64,000 nt of DNA, taken from an uncultured bacterium (GTDB lineage: Bacteria; Zixibacteria; MSB-5A5; GN15; FEB-12). The stretch is taken from positions 96,001 through 160,000 of the forward strand of contig CBDVDR010000001.1 of NCBI GenBank assembly GCA_965372795.1, in the 5' to 3' direction. Position numbers and translations under genes: made by a program. The notes under the pieces were generated by a model. That model did not search any database, was not told the DNA's origin, and saw only the letters and a list, made by a program, of their open reading frames with translations. This document shows, in pieces, positions 19,133 to 28,786 of this stretch; the first letter of the stretch is position 1; each line of letters starts with the position of its first letter.

Positions 19133-19166
19133 CCTTTAGCGACCTCACCGGATCACCTTAAAAGGG
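19133..19166 (-). promoter_or_regulatory. PyrR-binding RNA element
   Basis: CCCUUUUAAGGUGAUCCGGUGAGGUCGCUAAAGG matches the CUUUAA...UCCnGnGAGG...AAGG consensus, ~100 nt upstream of pyrR. Confidence 0.8.
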
Positions 19167-19271
19167 ACATCATATGTCATTACAAGTTTTCGGCTAATGC
19201 CGTAGTTGCATGATAATAATAGAATTTCACTTTCAGTCAAGCTCTCTTGTCATATTTGTTGAAATATATAA

Positions 19272-20747
19272 TTAATGCTGAAAATTTAAGATAGTGGATA
19301 TATTCTCTCTTTTAAAGAATTCGGAGTTGTATACGAACTCATAGGATTTATCATCTTTTAAATAGAGGATTTTATCAGAGACTTCTTTTATCAGATCGCC
19401 ATCATGGGAAATAATAATCTGCCCGATTCCTGATTCTTTCAATTTTAAAGATAAATTCACAAAACCACTTACACCCTCAGGATCAAGGGCGCAGGTCGGT
19501 TCATCAAACACAATAAATTTTGGAGATATGGCTAATACAACCGCAAAAGCCAGTCTTCGTTTCTCACCCATTGAAAGTGCCATCGGGTCGCGGTGGGCAA
19601 AACTATAAAAATCCAAGCCGACTATATCGAATAGTTCATTTAATTGATCTTTTGAGAGTTCATTCCCGAAATTCTTCGGACCAAACCTGACCTCTTCCTC
19701 ACAATTGGATAGAAAAAACTGTCGTTCTGGAAATTGGAAAACACCGCTGATAATCCCTTTGGATTTTGATTCTTCAAGTTTGCTCCCTTGAATATCCATC
19801 AAGGCATGATTTCCGGTTACGGGTTCCAATAGCTTACAGAAGATATTACCAAGGGTTGATTTTCCCGAACCCGAATTACCTACAATAGCTAAAGTTTCGC
19901 CGGTTGAGACACCGCAAGAAAGGCTTTCAAATACATTGCTCATACCCGGATAGTTAAAAGAAACTTTGGTGAGTTTCAATTCATGGGCGTGGTCTGTTTC
20001 AGGGTTTGTAGTATTACTGAGAAATCTATAATTTTTGTTAGTAGAATTATTTCGTGCTTTTAGTCCTGTTTTTTGGCATAGTTCAACATTATTAAAAACA
20101 TCATCTGGTTTACTATCAGCCGTAATTTGACCTTCATGCATCACCAGAAGCCGGTCGTATTTACGGGCAACACTTAGGTATTGAGTGATCCTTAAAAGAA
20201 TCATATCAGGAGCTTCTATTCGCAAATCGGACAAAAGATTATCCAGGGTATTGCGACCTTTAACATCCAGAAATGAATCGGGTTCATCCAGAATTAACAA
20301 TGAGGGTTTGAAGATCATCACCGACGCCAAAGCGACCCTTTGCATTTCTCCACCGGAGAGTTCTGAGATAAGTCTTTTTCTAAGATGCTGGATTGAGAAT
20401 TTGTTAAGAGTTTCAAGCAGGGCTGTTTCCATTTCGTTAAAGGGTACAGCCAGGTTTTCAAGAGTAAAGACCAGTTCTTTTTCGACGGTTGCGGCAACAA
20501 ACTGATTATCGGGTCTTTGAAAAAGCATTCCAACCGGAAGTTTCGAATTATTACCAAGCGATAATTCAACCTCGCCCATAGTTGGAGTATATAGTTGTGC
20601 CAGAATTTTTGCCAGAGTCGATTTCCCCGAACCGTTGGAACCCATTACACAAACAGACTCACCCTTTGCTATTGACAAGGTAAGGTTATCCAAAGCCGGT
20701 GCAACAGCCTGAGGGTATTGATATGTTACGTTATTAATTTTAATCAT
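19272..20747 (-). CDS. ECF transporter ATPase with two fused NBDs (EcfA-EcfA')
   Basis: Two Walker A (GSNGSGKS, GNSGSGKS), FQRPDNQF/FQFPERQF, LSGGE/LSMGE; start ATG 20747. Confidence 0.88.
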   Translation of the reverse strand: MIKINNVTYQYPQAVAPALDNLTLSIAKGESVCVMGSNGSGKSTLAKILAQLYTPTMGEVELSLGNNSKLPVGMLFQRPDNQFVAATVEKELVFTLENLAVPFNEMETALLETLNKFSIQHLRKRLISELSGGEMQRVALASVMIFKPSLLILDEPDSFLDVKGRNTLDNLLSDLRIEAPDMILLRITQYLSVARKYDRLLVMHEGQITADSKPDDVFNNVELCQKTGLKARNNSTNKNYRFLSNTTNPETDHAHELKLTKVSFNYPGMSNVFESLSCGVSTGETLAIVGNSGSGKSTLGNIFCKLLEPVTGNHALMDIQGSKLEESKSKGIISGVFQFPERQFFLSNCEEEVRFGPKNFGNELSKDQLNELFDIVGLDFYSFAHRDPMALSMGEKRRLAFAVVLAISPKFIVFDEPTCALDPEGVSGFVNLSLKLKESGIGQIIISHDGDLIKEVSDKILYLKDDKSYEFVYNSEFFKRENISTILNFQH

Positions 20748-20783
20748 AAAAAAAACCGATGCCCTAATTAACGACATCGGTTT
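20748..20783 (-). terminator. Rho-independent terminator after gcvPB
   Basis: AAACCGATG...CATCGG followed by T8. Confidence 0.75.
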
Positions 20784-20801
20784 AAAATAATAAACAAATA
20801 T

Positions 20802-22253
20802 TTACTTTTTATAATTCACATCAAGATTACGGACCGCCCCGGCTTCATCGAGTCGACGAACCGGAGTATTATAAGGCGCCGAAGTAACAATTTCGGGATT
20901 CTCAATCACTTCTTTGGCAATTTGTTTCATAATTGCGGCAAATTCATCCAGTGTTTCTTTCGATTCTGTTTCGGTCGGCTCAATCATTATAGCTTCCGGG
21001 ACAATTAACGGAAAATAAACAGTCGGTGGATGAACACCAAAATCGAGCATCCGTTTTGCCATATCAGAAGTTTTTACGCCAAGTTTTTTCTGGCGACTGC
21101 CCGACAGGACAAATTCATGCATACAGTTAGTATCATACATCAGATCAAAATCTTCACACAAAAGCACTCTCAGATAGTTAGCATTTAATACTGCGTTTTC
21201 ACTAATTCTTTTGAGTCCGTCACCTCCGCAATTTTTTATATAGGCATAAGCACGAACAATATTCCCAAAATTCCCAAAGAAAGTATGAAGTCTGCCAATA
21301 GAATCAGGTCTTTTATAATCGAATTTCAATCTACCATCATCCAATTTAACTAATACCGGAAGGGGTAGAAACTTTTCAAGTTCTTTAGTCACACCAATGG
21401 CACCGGCACCCGGTCCTCCTCCGCCATGTGGAGTTGAGAAAGTTTTATGCAGATTAAAATGCATCATGTCAAAACCAACATCACCCGGGCGGAAAATTCC
21501 CATATTGGCGTTCAAGTTGGCGCCATCCATGTACATCAAACCGCCTTTGGCATGAACGATTTCTGCAATTTCTTTGACGTGGGATTCAAATATCCCGAGT
21601 GTATTTGGATTCGTCAGCATCATTCCGGCAACATCTTCAGTCATTACTTCAGCCACAGCTTCAGGCGAGATTATCCCTTTTTCATTCGATTTAATCTGAA
21701 TCGTTGAAAATCCAATTGATGAGACCGAAGCGGGATTGGTCCCATGAGCTGAATCGGGAATAATAATTTTCTTCCTGTTTTCACCTTTAGAACGATGATA
21801 AGCCTGCATAATCAACAGTCCGGCAAATTCTCCCTGGGCTCCGGCAACCGGCTGCAATGAGACATTCGCAAATCCTGACACTTCGCCAAGATACTCAGAC
21901 AGATTATACATTAATCTTAAAATCCCGGTCGAAGCAGAGCATGGAGTCAAGGGATGATGCGTTTGAAAATTAGGGAAATTTGCAGCCGCATCATTCAACT
22001 TTGGATTGTACTTCATAGTACATGATCCCAGAGGATAAAAACCTTTGTCGATATGATGATTTTTAACAGACAGTTCGACAAAATGCCGCATGGCTTCGCC
22101 TTCGGTTACCTCCGGAAGTTCCGCATCAGTCGTTCGGCGGTAATTTTCCGGAATTAACGAAAGTAATTCTGCTTCTGTTTTAGTTGTATCCGGAAGGGTA
22201 TAACCTTTCCTCCCGGATACGGATTTTTCATAGATGAGCTGTTTATCGTTCAT
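20802..22253 (-). CDS. gcvPB: Glycine dehydrogenase subunit 2
   Basis: PLGSCTMKYNP, HFNLHKTFSTPHGGGGPG. Confidence 0.97.
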   Translation of the reverse strand: MNDKQLIYEKSVSGRKGYTLPDTTKTEAELLSLIPENYRRTTDAELPEVTEGEAMRHFVELSVKNHHIDKGFYPLGSCTMKYNPKLNDAAANFPNFQTHHPLTPCSASTGILRLMYNLSEYLGEVSGFANVSLQPVAGAQGEFAGLLIMQAYHRSKGENRKKIIIPDSAHGTNPASVSSIGFSTIQIKSNEKGIISPEAVAEVMTEDVAGMMLTNPNTLGIFESHVKEIAEIVHAKGGLMYMDGANLNANMGIFRPGDVGFDMMHFNLHKTFSTPHGGGGPGAGAIGVTKELEKFLPLPVLVKLDDGRLKFDYKRPDSIGRLHTFFGNFGNIVRAYAYIKNCGGDGLKRISENAVLNANYLRVLLCEDFDLMYDTNCMHEFVLSGSRQKKLGVKTSDMAKRMLDFGVHPPTVYFPLIVPEAIMIEPTETESKETLDEFAAIMKQIAKEVIENPEIVTSAPYNTPVRRLDEAGAVRNLDVNYKK

Positions 22254-22266
22254 ATTTTATAAAAGA

Positions 22267-23139
22267 TCAACCTTCAGTCTCGGTTACGATTCCTTTTAGT
22301 TCGTTAATTTTTTTCTGAGCAAACTCAACATCTTCAGATTCCGGGTACATTTCAATAAACTTTTCAAAGCGACTGATGGCATTAGTTGTATCAGCATCTT
22401 TCATAGTTATATAAGCACCCCACACATAAGCCTGTTCAGCTTGAGGTTTAGCTTTAAATTCCTCGGCAATCTTATCATAGTTTGTAACTGCGGTTTTATA
22501 ATCTTTGGCACGGTAATAAGTGTCAGCGACAGCCATTCTACTTTCTCCGGAAAGTGAATCAAGCGGTTCGCCGGCATCAATCACCTTTGCAAACCATCCC
22601 AGAGCATCTTCCTGCCCGCCGCGATATTTATATTTTTCACCGATGTCAAAAGCCATAGTGCGGTCAAAGTTTGCTTCTATTTTTACTAATAAGTCTTCGA
22701 GGGTACCGATACCCTGTTTATAATCACGAATAGTTTGGAGGAATTCATCAACTTCCATGTATCCAACAATACGATCAATTTCATTGCCATCTTTATCAAC
22801 GAGTACAGATGTCGGATAGCCACTGATGTTATATTTGCGGGCTAACATAGAATCAACTTCAGCGTTTATTTTTGCAAGAATTACTTCGTTAGAGAAATAA
22901 TCGATAGCTTTTTGATCCCTCAATACGACCGTATCGAGGCGTTTACACCACGTTCACCAATCGGTGTAAAAATCAATAAGAATATCCCGGCTGTTTGTCT
23001 GAGCTTGATCACTTGCTTCAGTATAAGTTGCAAAAAACGGAGAACCTTTTGCAGTCTCAACTGTTTGTTCAGCAGTACATGAGATAATAAGCATTACCAT
23101 CATCAGTACTACCAATAGATTTACTAATCTTTTCATCAT
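22267..23139 (-). CDS. Predicted selenoprotein: lipoprotein with thioredoxin fold (UxxC) and C-terminal TPR, 290 aa
   Basis: Track ORFs 22954-23139 and 22267-22923 are one frame joined across TGA 22954-22956: IDFYTDW-U-TW-C-KRLD; later ISGYPT; lipobox IISC. Confidence 0.88.
22918..22939 (-). promoter_or_regulatory. Bacterial SECIS-like hairpin
   Basis: CCUCGAUAC-GGUC-GUAUUGAGG; G-initiated apical loop begins 23 nt after the UGA. Confidence 0.75.
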
Positions 23140-23172
23140 TCCTCCTGAATAAATATTTATTTTTTATATCCG

Positions 23173-23529
23173 TTATTCTTTTTTATCAATTCTGTTTACG
23201 GGTTTCCACGATTCTCCAATTGTTATCCCCAAAATTTCTATCGCTTCATCTTTGCAGGAGAGTGGTACCGAGATTTCAAAAAGAGCTTCCTTGGGTCCGA
23301 AGATAGAATTTAAGGGTAATCCAATATTTCCGAAAAACCCCGAATTAGAAATAGAAACAGCGGGGATTTCTGAAGTTTTCAAGGATTCAATGGCAAAATC
23401 GGACGACAGTTTATCCTGAATATAACCAATGATTACCCAATCCTCAGCTTTGACCAGTTGAGTATTACATTCTGAACAGACAGAAATTTCATCTGAATAT
23501 TCTTTGTTACATTTGGGACACAACATCAT
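23173..23529 (-). CDS. Zinc-ribbon + DUF2007-like putative signal transducing protein
   Basis: CPKC..CSEC..L, ESLKTSEIP, EISVP...EA.EIL. Confidence 0.7.
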   Translation of the reverse strand: MMLCPKCNKEYSDEISVCSECNTQLVKAEDWVIIGYIQDKLSSDFAIESLKTSEIPAVSISNSGFFGNIGLPLNSIFGPKEALFEISVPLSCKDEAIEILGITIGESWKPVNRIDKKE

Positions 23530-24862
23530 TCACCGGAATTTCTTTTAAACTATTTACAAACATTTGAATTTCTTCGTCGGTTCGCTTCTCAGTAGCAGCA
23601 ATAATCAGACAATTACCAATACCTTTGAACCAGCGGCTGGCATCCAAGCCGGGTAAAATTTGTTTTTCTCCCAGCGACAAAATAATTTCACGAGCCGGGA
23701 CTGGTGTTTTAACAGTAAATTCTCTTACGAAAGGTAAATCAAAGAACGGTTCGAAACCGTCAATTTTAAAAATTTCTTCAGCTAATTTATGGGCTTTCTC
23801 CATTGAAAGCAGAGCTACTTTTTTAAGACCGGATTTGCCTAACAGACTCAAATAAACCGAGGCAATAGTAGCACAAAGCGCCTGATTAGTGCAAATATTA
23901 GAAGTCGCTTTTTCTCTTCTGATGTGTTGTTCGCGAGTTTGCAAGGTTAAGACGAATCCTTTTTTACCGTCAACATCTTTGGTTCGACCGGCAATACGAC
24001 CCGGCATCTGACGGGCTAATTCCTGTTTGGCTGCAAAAAAACCAAGCAATGGTCCGCCATAAGAAACTGATATCCCAAGCGGTTGTCCTTCGCCAACAAC
24101 AATATCAGCCCCAATTTCAGCCGGTGTTTTTAATAATGCCTGAACCGTTGGATCAATTGACATTATTAATTTTCCGCCGATTTTGTGTATTAACTCTGAG
24201 GCAAAATCAACATCTTCCAAATTACCAAAGAAATTCGGCTGGCTGATAACAACGCAAGCAGTGTTTTCATCAACGACATCTTCCAAACGGGTTAAATCGG
24301 TCAGACCGTTTTTCATGGGAAGGGTAATCAGTTCGATAGGTTGTCCCGACAAATAGGTCTGAACCACCTCACGGCACAATGGACTTAGGGTTTCAGTAAT
24401 AACCGCCTTACTCCGGCGCGTTGCCTTGACTGCCATAATTATAGCTTCTGCAACTGCGCTGGCTCCATCATACATTGAAGCATTGGCAATATCCATTCCG
24501 GTCAGACGACAGATATGCGTTTGAAATTCATAGATTACTTGCAGGGTTCCCTGAGCAACTTCCGGCTGATAAGGTGTATAGGCTGTGACAAACTCAGGAC
24601 GGCTTGCAATCGTGTTTATTGCAGAAGGAATAAAATGATCATATACCCCGCCGCCGGCAAAACAGATCAATCCTTTATGATTTTCATTGGACATATCTTC
24701 AATTTCACGAAGAAGGTCCATTTCAGACAGAGCTGGAATATTTAAAGGTTTTTTTAAGCGAAGTTCATTGGGTATATTTGAAAAAAGCTCATCTACACTT
24801 TTGACACCAATCCTGTCGAGCATTTTTCTTCGATCATCATCTGTATTTGGTATGTAAGGCAT
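23507..24862 (-). CDS. gcvPA: Glycine dehydrogenase subunit 1
   Basis: TAYTPYQPE, NASMYDGA, REQHIRREKATSNICTN. Confidence 0.97.
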   Translation of the reverse strand: MPYIPNTDDDRRKMLDRIGVKSVDELFSNIPNELRLKKPLNIPALSEMDLLREIEDMSNENHKGLICFAGGGVYDHFIPSAINTIASRPEFVTAYTPYQPEVAQGTLQVIYEFQTHICRLTGMDIANASMYDGASAVAEAIIMAVKATRRSKAVITETLSPLCREVVQTYLSGQPIELITLPMKNGLTDLTRLEDVVDENTACVVISQPNFFGNLEDVDFASELIHKIGGKLIMSIDPTVQALLKTPAEIGADIVVGEGQPLGISVSYGGPLLGFFAAKQELARQMPGRIAGRTKDVDGKKGFVLTLQTREQHIRREKATSNICTNQALCATIASVYLSLLGKSGLKKVALLSMEKAHKLAEEIFKIDGFEPFFDLPFVREFTVKTPVPAREIILSLGEKQILPGLDASRWFKGIGNCLIIAATEKRTDEEIQMFVNSLKEIPVNDVVSQM

Positions 24863-24886
24863 TATAGCTTTCAGTATCCTATATTT

Positions 24887-25264
24887 TTAATCTACTAATT
24901 CTTTATAACTGTTTGCATCAAGCAAAAGTTCAACTTCAGCAGGATTTGTTAGTTCTATTTTAATGATCCATCCATCTCCGTAAGGGTCACGATTGATAAG
25001 CATCGGGTCATCATCAAGATTAGAATTCACTTCTAATACTTTTCCCGCAAGGGGCAGATACATATCAGAGACAGCCTTAACGGCTTCAATAGTACCAAAA
25101 GCCTGCATAAGATCAAAATTATCACCAATATTCGGTAATTCTACAAAAACGATATCGCCTAATTCTCCCTGAGCGTATTCAGTAATACCTAAAGTTGCAG
25201 TATTGCCATCTATTTTCACCCATTCATGTTCTTTGGAATATTTTAAATCACCCGGTACGCTCAC
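24887..25264 (-). CDS. gcvH: Glycine cleavage H protein
   Basis: YSKEHEW, IEAVKAVSD lipoyl Lys, DPYGDGW. Confidence 0.97.
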   Translation of the reverse strand: MSVPGDLKYSKEHEWVKIDGNTATLGITEYAQGELGDIVFVELPNIGDNFDLMQAFGTIEAVKAVSDMYLPLAGKVLEVNSNLDDDPMLINRDPYGDGWIIKIELTNPAEVELLLDANSYKELVD

Positions 25265-25281
25265 ATTGACCTCCGTTTTTA

Positions 25282-26742
25282 TTAGTTCTCACTGCTGGTT
25301 TCAACAGTTGCTTCTTCCTTAGTATCTTTTATTGTTTCCGAAGTTTCAGGACCAGACTTGATCGATAAAGAGATCTTCTCAGCCTCGTCTATTTGTTCTT
25401 TTTTTTTATAATAATTTTCAAGGAAATTGATGTCATATTTCCCGGCTTTAAAATCTTCATTCTCCAACATTTCTAAATGAAAAGGAATCGTAGTCGGGAC
25501 ACCTTCAATAATAAATTCATCAAGGGCGCGTTTCATTCGCACCAAAGCCTCTTGACGGGTTCTCCCTTTTACAATCAATTTTGCAATCATTGAATCATAG
25601 TAAGGCGGGATCATATAATCGGTATAAGCGGCGGTCTCCACTCGGACGCCAAGTCCACCGGGAATATTTAAGGTTGTCAATTTTCCGGGTGTAGGACGAA
25701 AATCCTTTTCAACATCTTCGGCATTGATACGACACTCAATAACAGCCCATTTTGGAATTAGATCTTCCTGTTTGTATTTTAATTCTTCACCCATTGCAAC
25801 CCGGATTTGATCCTGAACCAGATCAACTTCAAACGCCTCTTCGCTTACCGGATGCTCGACCTGAATTCTTGTATTCATTTCCATGAAGTAATAATTCAAA
25901 TCATCATCAACCAAAAATTCAATTGTTCCGGCACCGCGATAGTTTACTTTACGGGCACCGTTCACAGCCGCTTCGCCCATCTCTTGTCTCAGCTTGGGAG
26001 TTAAAATAGGAGAAGGTGTTTCTTCGATGAGTTTCTGGTGTCTTCTTTGGATCGAGCAATCTCTTTCCCCGAAATGAAAGACATTACCATGGGTGTCACC
26101 CATCAACTGAATTTCAACATGATGGGGTCCAACGATAAATTTTTCGAGATATAAATCGGGGTCACCAAACGCATTGCCGGCTTCTGTTGATGCGATATGG
26201 AAGCCTCTTTCAAGTTCAGCCATATCACGACAGACCCGCATGCCTTTTCCCCCGCCCCCTGAAACAGCTTTAACAATCACCGGGAATTTAATTTCTTTAA
26301 CCATTTCAGCAGCTTCTTCAAAAGTTGCTACAATTCCTTTAGAACCCGGAATTGTCGGAACGCCTGATTTTCTCATGACTTCTTTAGCTTTAATCTTGTT
26401 CCCTAACATGCGAATCTGAGCCGGAGTCGGCCCGATAAAAGTGATACCGCATGATTCACAGATTTCTGCAAAATCAGCATTTTCAGCAAGAAACCCGTAG
26501 CCCGGATGGATCGCGCCGGCGTTAGTAATTTCCGCAGCAGCAATAATCCGTTTCGGGTCAAGGTATGACAGTCCCGGTTGTGATTCTCCGATACAAATAT
26601 CTTCATCAGCAAACCGGACATGAAGAGCATCCCGGTCGGCTTCGGAATAAACTGCAACAGTTTTTAATCCGAGTTCCCGACAGGCTCTTATTATGCGAAG
26701 TGCAATTTCTCCGCGATTAGCAATCAGTATTTTATCAAACAA
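25282..26742 (-). CDS. accC: Biotin carboxylase
   Basis: KILIANRGEIA, GGGGKGMR, EMNTRIQVEH, YDSMIAK. Confidence 0.96.
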   Translation of the reverse strand: MFDKILIANRGEIALRIIRACRELGLKTVAVYSEADRDALHVRFADEDICIGESQPGLSYLDPKRIIAAAEITNAGAIHPGYGFLAENADFAEICESCGITFIGPTPAQIRMLGNKIKAKEVMRKSGVPTIPGSKGIVATFEEAAEMVKEIKFPVIVKAVSGGGGKGMRVCRDMAELERGFHIASTEAGNAFGDPDLYLEKFIVGPHHVEIQLMGDTHGNVFHFGERDCSIQRRHQKLIEETPSPILTPKLRQEMGEAAVNGARKVNYRGAGTIEFLVDDDLNYYFMEMNTRIQVEHPVSEEAFEVDLVQDQIRVAMGEELKYKQEDLIPKWAVIECRINAEDVEKDFRPTPGKLTTLNIPGGLGVRVETAAYTDYMIPPYYDSMIAKLIVKGRTRQEALVRMKRALDEFIIEGVPTTIPFHLEMLENEDFKAGKYDINFLENYYKKKEQIDEAEKISLSIKSGPETSETIKDTKEEATVETSSEN

Positions 26743-27023
26743 TGGACACCCTCATAAGTATTCCAAATTTTACATTCTTAATTAAGTTACACCTAAGACG
26801 GCATTATAATTCAAACTACGTAAAATTACAATAGGAAAGCAGAAAAATCCTATGCAAAATCAAGAATAATTTAAACCGTAACCTCTTATCCTATAACGGA
26901 ATCAAGGCATAACTCAGGAAGCTTCCGATTTATTGCTAAAAAACAAAAAAGGCTGTTAAATTATTATAATAAAACAGCCTTAATTTTAAGAATTTGTTAT
27001 GATTTATTCAGATTGAAAATCGG

Positions 27024-28181
27024 TCAAAACTTGATAAAATCGGACTCTGAATCGGGTTCAGAAGTTTCTGATTCACTCTCTGATTCATGACCATCCGCCC
27101 ACCGATCGGAACTTCCTGTTATGCCTTTTAAGCGTAGATCAAAATCATCCGGGTTTGAGGCTTGAGTCATGGCTTCTTCAAATGAGATCATACCTTGTTT
27201 GTACAACTTCATTATTGATTGATCAAAGGTCTGCATACCATATTGAACCATGCCTTGTTCAATCAATTCAGGGATATCAACTGTTTTTTCCGGGTTAATT
27301 ATGCACTCGCGGATTGCTGCGGTATTTACCATAATCTCAAGGGCCGGAACACGACCGGGCATATCATTGCGGGAAAGCAACCTTTGACAAACGATAGCTT
27401 TGACGGTGCCTGCCAGAAGGAGACGAATTTGTTGATGTTGATGAGGAGGGAAAAATGAAATTATTCGAGTAATTGTTTCAACAACATTCATTGTGTGAAG
27501 GGTGGTCATAACCAGATGACCCGTATCCGCCGCCGTTAAAGCGATAGACATTGTTTCAATATCTCTAACCTCACCAATAAGGATAACATCAGGGTCCTGA
27601 CGAAATGCAGCTCTAAGAGCCATGGCAAATGTTTCGGTATCACCGCCAACTTCACGTTGAGAGATAATTGATTTTTTATCCCGATAGATATACTCAATAG
27701 GATCCTCAACGGTCAGAATATTCTCAGCCCTGGTTCCGTTGATTTCCTCGATTAGAGTTGCAAGCGTTGTGGATTTTCCAGAACCGGTAGTTCCGGTGAT
27801 AATAACCAGTCCGCGCCGTTCTAACGATAATTTCTTGATTGCTTCAGGAAGGTTCAAATCATCAAAGGTCGGCACGTTGGTATTGACCGCACGAATCGCA
27901 ATACCGGAAGTACCTCTTTGGCGATACAAATTAATTCTGAAACGACCCAGTTTTGCAACTGATAAAGCCAGATCCATTTCATTTTTTCTGTTGAAGCGTT
28001 CCAGCTGTTTTTCATTGAGAATTTGAGTGACAATTTTTTCGATACTTTCAATAGAAACCGGGTCGGTTGCTATCTGTTCAAGACGACCATTAACTCTCAG
28101 ATGCGGTCTGACACCGACTCTTATATGTAAATCAGAAGAATTCCGGTTCAACATTTCAACCAGCATCTGTTTTAAATTCAT
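27024..28181 (-). CDS. pilT: Type IV pilus retraction ATPase (PilT/PilU family)
   Basis: SDLHI, GTTGSGKSTT, EDPIE, RQDPDVILIGE, TGHLV..TLH, GMQTFDQ. Confidence 0.9.
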   Translation of the reverse strand: MNLKQMLVEMLNRNSSDLHIRVGVRPHLRVNGRLEQIATDPVSIESIEKIVTQILNEKQLERFNRKNEMDLALSVAKLGRFRINLYRQRGTSGIAIRAVNTNVPTFDDLNLPEAIKKLSLERRGLVIITGTTGSGKSTTLATLIEEINGTRAENILTVEDPIEYIYRDKKSIISQREVGGDTETFAMALRAAFRQDPDVILIGEVRDIETMSIALTAADTGHLVMTTLHTMNVVETITRIISFFPPHQHQQIRLLLAGTVKAIVCQRLLSRNDMPGRVPALEIMVNTAAIRECIINPEKTVDIPELIEQGMVQYGMQTFDQSIMKLYKQGMISFEEAMTQASNPDDFDLRLKGITGSSDRWADGHESESESETSEPDSESDFIKF

Positions 28182-28202
28182 GGAAGTCCCTTTCGAAAAA
28201 AA

Positions 28203-28691
28203 TTATTCCGGTTCGATCAAAAACATTGTCTGACCGAATTCAACCGGCTTACCGTTCTCTACTAATATTTCGGCAATTCTACCTGAAACTTCAGACTCTA
28301 TTTCATTCATCAATTTCATTGCCTCAACGATGCAAACGACTTGACCGACACGAATTTTTTCATTCAGTGAAACGTACAAATCGGCATCTGGAGCCGGTGA
28401 GGAATAAAATGTTCCCACCATAGGAGAAGTGACCGGGACAAGTTTGCTGGTATCTGCTTTAGGAGCAGCCTCAGCAGGAGCTGGCGCGGCAGTTGCATGA
28501 GACTCTGCAGATACTGCAGGTGCGGTATGTACAACCGGATTCATAACAACCGAAGTTGGATTTTGACCATTGCCGGTATTTACTCCACGATGAGTTATTT
28601 TAACGGTTCTTCCCCAGCTTTTAACTTCGAGAGATTCAATATTTGATTCTTCAACTAACTTAATAAGTTTTTTTAAATATTTCTCGTTCAT
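28203..28691 (-). CDS. accB: Biotin carboxyl carrier protein
   Basis: SPMVGTFY, EAMKLMNEI. Confidence 0.96.
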   Translation of the reverse strand: MNEKYLKKLIKLVEESNIESLEVKSWGRTVKITHRGVNTGNGQNPTSVVMNPVVHTAPAVSAESHATAAPAPAEAAPKADTSKLVPVTSPMVGTFYSSPAPDADLYVSLNEKIRVGQVVCIVEAMKLMNEIESEVSGRIAEILVENGKPVEFGQTMFLIEPE

Positions 28692-28786
28692 CAAATTCCC
28701 CAATAATTATTGAAATTAATGGCAGGGATTTTCCTGCCATTATCATATGCATATAAAAATCTGCATAAAATTATATGTTAATCGCT

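Noticed and set aside
22954..22956. In-frame TGA as pseudogene or genome-wide UGA reassignment
   Set aside because: TGA terminates other genes normally (pyrR, pilT, GH57); its position at the catalytic Cys plus the hairpin fits Sec better
28719..28741. ATGGCAGGGATTTTCCTGCCAT palindrome as a family 1 REP
   Set aside because: Lacks the GTAG foot; more simply an intergenic stem-loop between the peptidase and accB
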